Both the position numbers and the translations under genes were made by a program. The notes beneath the pieces are model-generated. The model worked only from the letters and a program-made list of their open reading frames with translations, did not search any database and was not told the origin of the DNA. A stretch of 64,000 bases of DNA from Candidatus Aenigmatarchaeota archaeon (lineage in GTDB: Archaea > Aenigmatarchaeota > Aenigmatarchaeia > QMZP01 > QMZT01), in the NCBI GenBank assembly GCA_003663325.1, contig QMZT01000001.1, positions 15,366-79,365 on the forward strand. Reading direction: 5' to 3'. How positions within the stretch are numbered: the first letter of the stretch is position 1; every line of letters begins with the position of its first letter. Below are positions 1 through 10,000 of this stretch, piece by piece.

Positions 1-135
1 AATAAAAAAAGCATTGATAGGTAGAGCTTATTAATAAAGTAGGAAAGAAGGATTAAAAAAATGCCAGAGAAATGCACAAGCTGTCTTAAAACCTCATATC
101 TCATTATTTTTAACTTATCTTTGAAATTATAAATT

Positions 136-648
136 ATGAATTTGAATTTTATGAATAGTAAACATAAAGCTCTATATGAAACCTTTAAGTTTTCTTTAAA
201 GCTTTTACTACTCTCACTACCATTCTATATTTTAATACCATTTTTGGACCTCTCCTTTCTTCAAGAAATAACATTAATTAATGTTAAATTTTTGCTTGAG
301 CTTATGGGATTTGGTGTAAAAAGAGAAGGTTTCATGCTAATACTAAACAATGGCTTCAATTTTCTTATCTCTGCAGATTGTACTGCATGGAAATCCATGG
401 TGTTTATAGCAGCGTTGATGATATCCACACCCTCTATAAGCTTGAGAAAGAAAGCCTTTGGTATTGTTGGCGGTTTTTTTATACTATGGGTTGGTAATAT
501 AGCCAGGATAACATTACTCGTTTTCGTTCAAAGGTATTATGGAAACGAGGTAATGGGCATTATACATAATTATCTTTGGCAGCTTGGGCTAATATTGCTT
601 GTACTTATTACATGGATTTCATGGATCTTTATATCAAAAAGAGACTAG
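136..648 (+). CDS. exosortase/archaeosortase-family integral membrane protein (short 170-aa form)
   Basis: Polytopic hydrophobic ORF. Cys ('ISADCTAWKS'), Arg ('GNIARITL') and His ('IIHNYLW') occur in the order of the exosortase/archaeosortase catalytic triad. 4-nt convergent overlap with the next gene. Confidence 0.55.
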   Translation: MNLNFMNSKHKALYETFKFSLKLLLLSLPFYILIPFLDLSFLQEITLINVKFLLELMGFGVKREGFMLILNNGFNFLISADCTAWKSMVFIAALMISTPSISLRKKAFGIVGGFFILWVGNIARITLLVFVQRYYGNEVMGIIHNYLWQLGLILLVLITWISWIFISKRD

Positions 649-1223
649 TATCTTACTATCTTTAAACCCCTTGTTAGATCAAATACCCTTGAGGGAATAC
701 CTCTGAGCCTGCCACCATCAATTATGTAATCTACACGCCCTTTTACATCTTGCGGTATCTTCTTTACACTTGATGCTGGCTTCTCTCCGCTAACATTTGC
801 TGATGTTGTGATAAATAAGATGTTGAGGGATCTTATAAGATCTGTGAAGATATTTTTGGGCATTCTTATACCTATCTTCCCTTCCCTGCTAACAGCCTTT
901 AGAGCTTCATAATTTTTAACTTTTAATATCAATGTATAGGGACCAGGAAGAAGTGACGCTATAAACCTCATACCATTTTTACTTACTTTACAATTTTCCT
1001 CTATCCATTCAAGTGATGGAACGATAATAGAGAATGGCTTGCTAGGTGATCTTTTTTTAATCTCGTATATTCTTTGAATGCTCTCTTTATAGTTAACATT
1101 ACACCCAATACCATAAACAGTGTCGGTTGGGTAAATAAATATTTTACCTCCTACTAATGCCTTTATCACTTCCGCTTTTATATCTTTTTTAAAAATAACC
1201 GAATCAAGCTTGAATACCTTCAT
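645..1223 (-). CDS. tsaC: L-threonylcarbamoyladenylate synthase, YrdC/Sua5 family (t6A modification)
   Basis: YrdC-domain motifs 'IYPTDTVYGIGCNV', 'PFSIIV', 'ITTSANVSGE', 'PSRVFD'. At 192 aa it is the YrdC-only form. Confidence 0.85.
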   Translation of the reverse strand: MKVFKLDSVIFKKDIKAEVIKALVGGKIFIYPTDTVYGIGCNVNYKESIQRIYEIKKRSPSKPFSIIVPSLEWIEENCKVSKNGMRFIASLLPGPYTLILKVKNYEALKAVSREGKIGIRMPKNIFTDLIRSLNILFITTSANVSGEKPASSVKKIPQDVKGRVDYIIDGGRLRGIPSRVFDLTRGLKIVRY

Positions 1224-1261
1224 ATTTGAAAAATTTAAAAAGCTTTCATATTAATTATTTT

Positions 1262-1527
1262 TGTTGAGCTGGGGGTGCAGCTTTCCCAAAAAGGGAGGAA
1301 GCTCCACCCACCCAATAGGCAGCATCGCAAGATGCATGGCCGAGAGGCCATCTCTCAGGAAGCAGAAACGAACCCATGCATGCTATAGATGATGCATATC
1401 GCATATACATGAGCATGCAGTGGGGTGAAACGGTCCTGAGAGTGCCGGGTGCAAGCTGTTGCGCTTAGATAAATGCTGCAGCCCTTTTAATAAGGGTTAC
1501 AGAAGGTGGGCTATTCCCAGCACAACA
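1262..1527 (+). ncRNA. rnpB: RNase P RNA (compact archaeal form, about 266 nt)
   Basis: GC-rich island in a non-coding gap. 12-bp terminal helix (P1) pairs 1262-1273 'TGTTGAGCTGGG' with 1516-1527 'CCCAGCACAACA' (one mismatch). CR-I-like 'GGGAGGAAGCTCC' at 1293-1305. 'GGGGTGAAACGG' (J11/12-like) at 1422-1433. CR-V-like 'ACAGAAGGTGGGCT' at 1499-1512. Confidence 0.7.
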
Positions 1528-1567
1528 TTTAAATAAGAAAGGGCATTATATTTTTAATGGCGATAGT

Positions 1568-1762
1568 ATGATTTTCCCGATAAGATGTATGACATGCGGC
1601 AAGCCAATAGCCCAATATTGGGAGAAATACCAAGAGAAGATAAAAGATGGAAAGGATGCAAAAAGCGTACTTGATGAACTGGGTATAAAGAGATACTGCT
1701 GCAGGGCAGTATTCCTTACACATGTTGATCTTATTGATAAGATTGGAAGATTTGTAAAGTAG
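1568..1762 (+). CDS. rpoN: DNA-directed RNA polymerase subunit N (Rpo10)
   Basis: 64 aa. 'MIFPIRCMTCGKPI' ... 'RYCCR' zinc-binding pattern diagnostic of RpoN/Rpb10. Confidence 0.9.
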   Translation: MIFPIRCMTCGKPIAQYWEKYQEKIKDGKDAKSVLDELGIKRYCCRAVFLTHVDLIDKIGRFVK

Positions 1763-1767
1763 AAACT

Positions 1768-2832
1768 ATGGACAGGATCGATAAAAAGATAAAGGAGATA
1801 GCGAAGAAAATAGTTGATTCTGAGGTTAAAAGGAAAAAAATTGCGTACTTTTTAAGGGAGATAGGAGACAAGATGGGTATTTTTAATGAAGTTGAAAAGA
1901 TCGCGATAAAGAATTTAAAGGTGGTTGGAGTTGATGGTGGCATAGCTAAAAAGAGCCTGCACGGATTCGATTTTATAGTAACGAGAGCAGTCGCTACATA
2001 CTTTAGATATTCTAAAGGAAGATTGACCAGTGTTAACTATTTTCCATCAAAATCGCCAATACCTGCGATTAAAATATTAGAGGCACTATCCGATCTGGAT
2101 TGGTCATATTCGATATCGATTTCAAGGCAGATGGCAGAGATATCTGTTGCTATAGCCGCCGTTAAAAAATTTAAGCCAGACCTCTTGCTTTTAGATGGTT
2201 CAGTTGTGCCTCACTATACTGACAGACCAAGCAGATCATCTGCTATATATGAGGCATACGTAGAGCTTATAAATCTATACAAAGAGCTATTTGATACGAC
2301 AACGGCTTATGGTATTATAATAGCCGGGGTAATAGAGGACTCCAGAGGTAATAGATTCGGAGAAATAATAGAGGAAAAGGTACTCTCTGAGATAAAAAAT
2401 CCCCTTGTGAATGAAGTAAAGAAGATGATTTATAAAACAAGGGACACAAATCTCCTTTTTTGGGCACTAAAGAAGGGCGAGAGAAGCTTGGTATTTGATT
2501 ATGCACGTGAGCCCGAATCACACCCTATATTAAGAGAGTTTCCGGAATATATGAAAAGGATAAAGAGCTTTTATTTGAAGACATCAAGATTTGATAGGCC
2601 TATAAGGGTGGATTTCATAGGAGAAGATTTCATAGCAGACAGGCTTTCATCCATAATATTTTCACTCTCATGTTATCACGATGGCTATGGCTTGCCATCA
2701 GTTTTGATAGAGGCGGATAATGCCGCTAAGTTAAAGGAGGATGATGCCGAATTAATCTATAATGCTATATTATCTGAGACAGGTATGCTGCCAAGTGTTT
2801 TAAGGATGCGAAGAGAGAACAGACCATTTTGA
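1768..2832 (+). CDS. nurA: NurA-family 5'-3' nuclease (DNA end resection)
   Basis: NurA-like motif series 'VVGVDGG', 'LLLLDGSVVP', 'AGVIEDSRG', 'RVDF', 'GYGLPSVLIEADNAAK'. Confidence 0.65.
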   Translation: MDRIDKKIKEIAKKIVDSEVKRKKIAYFLREIGDKMGIFNEVEKIAIKNLKVVGVDGGIAKKSLHGFDFIVTRAVATYFRYSKGRLTSVNYFPSKSPIPAIKILEALSDLDWSYSISISRQMAEISVAIAAVKKFKPDLLLLDGSVVPHYTDRPSRSSAIYEAYVELINLYKELFDTTTAYGIIIAGVIEDSRGNRFGEIIEEKVLSEIKNPLVNEVKKMIYKTRDTNLLFWALKKGERSLVFDYAREPESHPILREFPEYMKRIKSFYLKTSRFDRPIRVDFIGEDFIADRLSSIIFSLSCYHDGYGLPSVLIEADNAAKLKEDDAELIYNAILSETGMLPSVLRMRRENRPF

Positions 2833-2834
2833 TC

Positions 2835-3422
2835 TTAAAGCTTCACCTTTGTTACACGTAGCTCAGGCAATTTAACTATATACCCATTTTTTGTATTTGC
2901 TATAGCTGCATTTACAAATAAGCTTGTACCGTCCATAAACACACCTTGCGATTCATGCACGTGACCAAAAACATGTAATATAGGCCTTTTCTCATTCACA
3001 AACTCTCTGTATATCATAAGGCCTATATTGTTACCAGACCATGCAAGGTCTAATATACCATAAGGAGGATGATGTGTTATAAATATCAGCCTCTCAGATG
3101 GCATATCCCTTGCCTTTTCTTTAATAAGTTCATAACTCATAAACCTCTCATCTACACCAAAAAAATAATAGTCTTTAAATAATTCTATGTTATTTGAAAG
3201 CACACTTACCAATTCATTGTTTGAAACTATTTTTTCATCCCAATTTCCGTAGATTACGAATGTTTTCGTTTGCATGCTATCAAGTATTCTCCTTGCAGAA
3301 CTTGCAGATAGAAAATCGCCCGCATTTATTACAACATCTATCTTTTCCCTCCTACAAATATTGTTTATTCTTTCAGCCATATCTTCCAGGTGATGTATAT
3401 CAGAGATACATAGTATTTTCAT
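2835..3422 (-). CDS. metallophosphoesterase (calcineurin-like)
   Basis: Start reassigned to 'MKILCISDIHH' (ATG at 3422). Motifs 'SDIHH', 'NAGDF', 'GNWD', 'ITHHPP', 'FGHVHE'. The 348-aa track ORF is an upstream extension antisense to the nitroreductase gene. Confidence 0.75.
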   Translation of the reverse strand: MKILCISDIHHLEDMAERINNICRREKIDVVINAGDFLSASSARRILDSMQTKTFVIYGNWDEKIVSNNELVSVLSNNIELFKDYYFFGVDERFMSYELIKEKARDMPSERLIFITHHPPYGILDLAWSGNNIGLMIYREFVNEKRPILHVFGHVHESQGVFMDGTSLFVNAAIANTKNGYIVKLPELRVTKVKL

Positions 3423-3474
3423 AAATAGAGAATAATCCCAAAAATTTTTTAAACTTTTCAGCTTTCTATCAAAT

Positions 3475-3987
3475 ATGGATGTAATAAGTGCTATAAGGAA
3501 AAGGAGATCGATAAGAAGGTATAGTGATAGGGAGGTTGAGGATGAAAAGCTTAAAGTGATACTAAAGGCTGCCATGTTTTCTCCATCTGCCATGCACCTT
3601 CGTCCATGGCATTTTGTTGTTGTAAGGGATAAAGAGATAAGAGAAAGGCTTTCTAAGGTTACGGAATGGGCATACTTTTTAAGAGAGGCTCCACTAAACA
3701 TTGTGGTATGCGGGGACAAAAATGCAAAACGCTGGATTGAGGATTGTAGCATAGCAGCGGAACATATAATGTTACAAGCCACCGAGCTTGGATTAGGTTC
3801 ATGCTGGGTAGCTATACATAATTCCTCCTCTAACCCCAAAGCTGAAGAAGAGGTAAAGGAAACACTAGCAATACCAGACAATTTCGGTGTGCTTTGTATA
3901 ATAGCAATTGGTTACAGGGGTGAGGAAAAGGAGGAGCATAGCGATAAGGAGTTTGAGGAAGAAAAGGTGCACTATGACCATTTCTAG
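3475..3987 (+). CDS. nitroreductase-family flavoprotein
   Basis: 'IRKRRSIRRY', 'SPSAMHLRPWHFVVV', 'GLGSCWV' typical of the NADH/FMN nitroreductase fold. Confidence 0.8.
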   Translation: MDVISAIRKRRSIRRYSDREVEDEKLKVILKAAMFSPSAMHLRPWHFVVVRDKEIRERLSKVTEWAYFLREAPLNIVVCGDKNAKRWIEDCSIAAEHIMLQATELGLGSCWVAIHNSSSNPKAEEEVKETLAIPDNFGVLCIIAIGYRGEEKEEHSDKEFEEEKVHYDHF

Positions 3988-3995
3988 TTTAAATA
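3988..3995 (+). promoter_or_regulatory. candidate TATA box (TTTAAATA) for the giant surface-protein gene
   Basis: TTTAAATA lies 29 nt upstream of the ATG at 4024. The same octamer recurs at similar spacing before several other genes in the window. Confidence 0.35.
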
Positions 3996-4023
3996 TTTTA
4001 TTGCAAGTTACCAATAAATAAAC

Positions 4024-7000
4024 ATGAATCTGAAGCTCTTCTCAGCATTTATATTTACTTTATTGATGATTGGTTTGGTGGTGGCTGATACACCACCGCC
4101 AAAGATATTGCTTGTAGAGGATGCGCATTTCTGTGGTGGCTACTCGCCAACAGAAAAATGCACAAACGCACAAATAGAACCCTTCTATACAAAAGCTTTG
4201 GAAGCTAACGGCTATGAATACGATACGTATGTAGTTTCTGGTAGTAGTGATAATGGACCGGATTTAGAAACCCTTAGCAAGTATGATATAGTGATATGGT
4301 TTACTGGGGAGGATCATAAGAACACATTAACATCTGTAGATATTAATAATCTTCAACAATACCTAGACAATGGCGGAGCATTCTTTCTTACAGGTCAAGA
4401 TATAGGATATGATATATGGGACACTGCGTTTTATGGAGAATACTTGCATGCATTCTACTGTGCAGATAGTTCTGGTGAATATGATCATACCCTTGTAGGA
4501 ACAAATAATAATCCTATTGGAGATGGCCTTTTTCCTACTATAGACTCTACAATAAAAGGTGGTGCAGATAATCAATACTTTCCATCTGTAATATTTTACC
4601 GTGATGGCAAAGATATATATTTTCGCTACAACATGTTATCCTCAGAGTTTTACTATGAATACATTGATGCAGCTCTTATAATATGTGGAAACGGGAAAAA
4701 ATATGTTTTAAGGCAAAGCGTGCTGCCTGCTGCTATAAAAGCTAAAACCGCCACCTATAAAGTTGTTTATTTTGCATTTGGTTTTGAAGGTATAGATAGC
4801 GATGCAGATAGAAATGAAATAATGAAAAGGGTTATTGGGTATTTGAGCAGACCGAGGGTAAAGGGCACAAGGGTATTAGAGGTTAATGGGATACAGTACA
4901 ATCTCACTTGTGATAAAAGCCTAGATAAATGCTCCAGAATGCTTTATCCTTATCTATACTATACCTGCTATAATGATCAACTTTTTGGTAATATAACAGA
5001 TGTAGAGTTCTACGTCTATGACCAAAACAATAATCTTGTTAAGCAAGGAAAGCCAAGCTTGCAATATGATGCAAACAGCAACAAATGGTGGGGAATTGGT
5101 GTAATAATTATAAACGGGCTGGCTGATGGTCCTTATGTAGTGAAATTGAGATGTAAAGATAGCGATGGGTTTTGGAGCAAATTTGATGAAGTGAATCTAA
5201 CAATAGATAACACCTTTGATAATAAGCCAATTATAGATAGCGTGGAGGGTAAAACATCAACACCTATATATACAAATAAAGTTGAGCCAACAATAACTAC
5301 GACGTATCTTGCAAACAAAGAATTACCAGAGAAAATGCTCTTTTTGTGCTATAATTCTACTTCTATAATTAAAAACACCACCTTAGAATGGATAACATAC
5401 CAAGCCTCGTACAATTTCAATATAACAAATACATTTTATAATTGTTCATCAAGTGATGGCTTAAGAAGGGTTTATCTTTTTTATATGGATAAAGCTGGTA
5501 ACGTTATATTGCCAAAAGATGGTGATGGGTATAAGGATATTATTTTGGACAGGGTGAAGCCAGAGATACACTCAATAAGCCCTACAGGTTATATAAAAAG
5601 CGGAACGAATATAGCTGTTAATGCAAGTGATGGGTTGTCAGGTATAGCTACAGCGATATATAATAACGGTACCCATAACTTTACCTTTACACCAAATATA
5701 AGCTTTGATCCACACTGGCAAGTAGAGGGAATAAGCACGCTCAAGGTATGGATCACGGATAATGCTGGCAATGTTAGATACGCATCTTACAATTATATAG
5801 TTGACAACACACCACCGACAATAGATGTAATTGAGCCTGACAACAACAGCCTTACAAATAAACAAAGTATAGAGATAAGATTTAATGTAACAGACCAGGC
5901 TGGTGTAGATAACAACAGTATAAATGTGGTGGTCTCAAACGGAAGTATATATAGCTCTATATGCAATCAGATAAACAATGGTTATGCCTGCACATACCTA
6001 TGGAATACAACCAATCTCACATTCGGGAACTATACAATAAGGATATATGCGAGTGACAGCCTTAATAATAGCGCTTACGATATTATCAATGTAAAAATTG
6101 ATAGAATACCTCCCATTATTACAATAATACAACCGCCCAATGAGTATAATACAACCTCAAGCAACAATCTGCTAAATGTCAGTGCATACGATAACACAGA
6201 TATAGATTATGAAAGTGCATACTTCATATTTAAAAACTTAACCGCAGAGTACAATGAGTCTGCATACAAAGGCTCATGGAAACAGCTTACTTATTCTAAT
6301 GGGTATTTTATATCTACATTTAGTGTTGAGCTTGGGCTTAGTGATGGCCATTACAAGCTTTTGGTTTCAATAAATGATACTCTTGGTAATATGAACATTG
6401 CATGGGTAAATATAAGCATAGACAACACCCCTCCCCAAACCACAGACAATTCAAGCAGTGTAGATGTATGGTATAGAAGTGATCAATACATAAGCTTGAG
6501 TTGTAGTGATAATATGATGGGGTGTAATGAGACATACTATTGTGTAGCATCACAGCTATGCATACCATCAATAAAGGGAAATAGTACAAGCGTTACATGT
6601 AATGATGGCGATGAGTGTATATTGTATGTTTTTTACAAAAGCATTGATAAGGTTGGCAATGAAGAAAACATCAAGAGTTCAAACAAAATCAAGATAGATA
6701 AAAGAGCACCAACAATAACAATAGAGAACCCGACACAAGGAAGAGTATATTCAGGGATTATTGAGCTAAGGGCAACCATAAGTGACCACGGCTCTGGGGT
6801 AGATAATGCTTGGTATGAGATAATAAATGCATCAAATACAAGCGAGATAATAGCAACAGGTGCATTGCAGGCGCCACTCTATAATTCAACATGGAATTCA
6901 TCTAACTACACCTATGCAACATTGATATTCAAGGTATATGCAAATGATACCTTGGGAAATAACGCTACCGCAAACGTAACATTTGATGTAAATAATAAAA

Positions 7001-10000
7001 AACCGACAGCAACAATATATTATCCAAAATACATATTTATAGGAAAGGCTTTTAATCTGGATTTAAGGGCAAAGAGGGAAAATGGAAATCTATCTAATGC
7101 GAGCTACACAATCTTTAATGCAAGCGATATAGTTAAGACAAACACCACTACAGGAATAAACAAGAGCGAATTTAAGTTTTCAGATTTGGTAACTATTGAT
7201 ATACTTGCTGATGGAAACTATACCATTAACTTTACAGCATACGACTATGCTATACCACCTAATAAGGCATTTGATAGTGCATGGTTCTATGTGGATAAAA
7301 TACCACCGCAAACGATAGATAGTAGTGACCCACAAGAAAGATGGAAAGGCAGCGATGTATACATAAATCTTTCATGCTATGATAATGCCGCCGGTTGCGA
7401 GACACTTGTTTATTGCATAAACACAAGTAATCAGGATTGCCAACCAAACAAAAGTGTTTCTATAGATAAGAATATAAGCATTCTTATTTCATGCAACGAA
7501 GGAGATGAATGCATAAAGTGGATAAAATACTACTCCAACGACACGGTAAATAATACAGAAACATTAAAAGCCAGCTATGCAATAAAGATAGATAAGAAAG
7601 CCCCAATTACTGCAGATAACTCTTCAAGCGAATGGAAGAATGGCGATCAAATTATACAACTGAACTGCTCTGATACCGGCTCCGGTTGTAACGTAACACT
7701 TTACTGTATAGATGATACGGGGGCGTGTGTACCACAAAACATATATGAAGGGTATGTAAACTTGACATGTAATGATATATGCAAGAAATACATAAGATAC
7801 AGGAGTAATGATTCTGTAGGTAATCTGGAGCCTATAAAGACATCAAAGCTCATAAGAATAGACAAGTCCTTGCCACAAACGGCAATATCACCAAATTCAT
7901 CATACCTCCCAATCAACACGCCATTTTCCCTTTCTTGCTCTGATACAGGCTCCGGCTGCAATAAAACATACTATAAAATCATAGATAGCAATGGTATTTG
8001 TCCATCAACAGGCTATTCCGAAGGTGAAAATGGTATCGTAAGCTGTGATAATGGTGCAGTGTGCGAGAAAAGGATTTGCTACTATTCTTCAGATATGGCA
8101 GGAAATAAAGAAAATGTGAAAGTGAGTGGTATATTTAAAATCGATAAAGCACCCCCAGTCCTTACTGCTTTATACATTAATGTAACGGATGACACGATAT
8201 TTGGGGATAAAAGGGTTTTGAATGGAAGCATTATCAAGGTGTATGTAAACTTAAGTGATACTTCCAACGTTAGCTCAGTAAACGTTACAGTAAAAACACC
8301 AAGCAAATTATTCAATCTTACACTTTCCCTTGAAGATGGTAATTATAGCAACGGTACATGGAGCAATGTGCTTGTTGTTAATGAAACAGGTATATACAAC
8401 CTCACATATATTTATGCCCTAGACAGCTTTAACAATAAATTGGTAACTTATAGAGGTTACTATTTTCACTCTGTTGTACCAAGGCTTAATATCCTGCTAA
8501 ATAATAAAACCTTTGCTGATGCAGGAAAAACATATATATTGGAAATGAAAGCAAGCTTTAATATTACACTCATAAACCCCGTGTTAATTATTTATCTTCC
8601 ACCATTCTTTGAAAATAAAAGCGTTTATAAATGCACATTTTCTGGTGGTTGCGATATAACCAAATTTGGGGATGTTTTGCATGTAAACGCTAGCGGTTAT
8701 GGTACATATCTTAGCATAAATACAAACATCTTTGCAAATACAATAGCTAGTGATACAAATGTTAGTTGGAATACAAGCTACAATAATTTACAATTTAAGA
8801 ACAAAACGATTATATTGACACCACAGATCAACATAACTAATACGTGGTGCGATGGAAAAGCATGCACAGTTGATCAGAACAAAGTATTCAATCTCACAAT
8901 AGAGGTTAGCAATATCAAGAGTGACAAACATAGTGGCACCGCTTACAATATTACATTAAATATAACATTTCACAACGCCACCTCGGCTCTTGTACCTATT
9001 GGCGATCTCCCATCAAACTCCTCAGCTAACATAACAATCAGGGTTAATATAACCGAGGCGGGAAATAAAAGCATTAGCATGTTTGCATTTGATGGTACCT
9101 GTAGCTATAACTCAAGCAATACAACATTAATAATAGTTGTAAGGGATAAAGAAAAGCCAACAGTGGAGCTTGTGGAATTTGAAGATAGCTATGTAAACGT
9201 GAACGAAACGATTAATTATTATGTGACCGCACGAGACAATGTAGGCATAGGCAGTATTATTGCACAGATAAATGATAGCGAGGGTCTTGAGAGCAACTAC
9301 ACACTCTCACTTTTTGCAGGAAGTAAAGAGTATGGCATATGGAGATTAAGCTACGTTTATACACAAAAAGAAGGGATTTATAAGATAATGAAAATTTATG
9401 TAAATGATACAGCTGGCAATACACTTTCCTATACACCACCAATCAACGCTTCTGTGTTTTATGTTACAGCCTTTATATTAAATATGAGCCTTTCACCCCA
9501 AATATTAACAATAGGAGAAGGAGTCAATATCTATGTGAATATATCTAATAACGCATCACCCATAACAAATGTTTACGCAACCATAGTAAAACCCAATAAC
9601 TACACAAAAAGCTATGAGCTTAATTATGATGGATACGAAAATGGTAAATACATATATAGTTTGGAGTATACGAATACAACAACCTCTGGAAGCTATATAG
9701 TTAATCTAACAGTGAGAACAAAAATTGAAAAAAACGCAAAAGCCTATTTCTCAGTTCCTTACGGCTTTCCTTCCCTCGTCTCAAGTAGTGGCAATAACAT
9801 AAGTGTACCACCAAACACAAAATTTAACATTACATGGTTGATAAAACCTGTGAATGGAGATTTACTTAGTGTTAATGCAACCATATTTATAGAAAATAAA
9901 AGTGTTATCAATACATCAGAAGGATATAAAAAGTTTGTAGGTAACATCTATTGGGAGAAATATAAAGATAATGGAAAAATGTTGATGTGGGAGTTCAATG

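Noticed and set aside
2835-3881. 348-aa minus-strand ORF spanning the phosphoesterase gene and running antisense through the nitroreductase gene
   Set aside because: Only the C-terminal 195 aa (from MKILCISDIHH at 3422) carry phosphoesterase motifs. The upstream part is Ser/Leu-rich antisense translation of a well-supported plus-strand gene.
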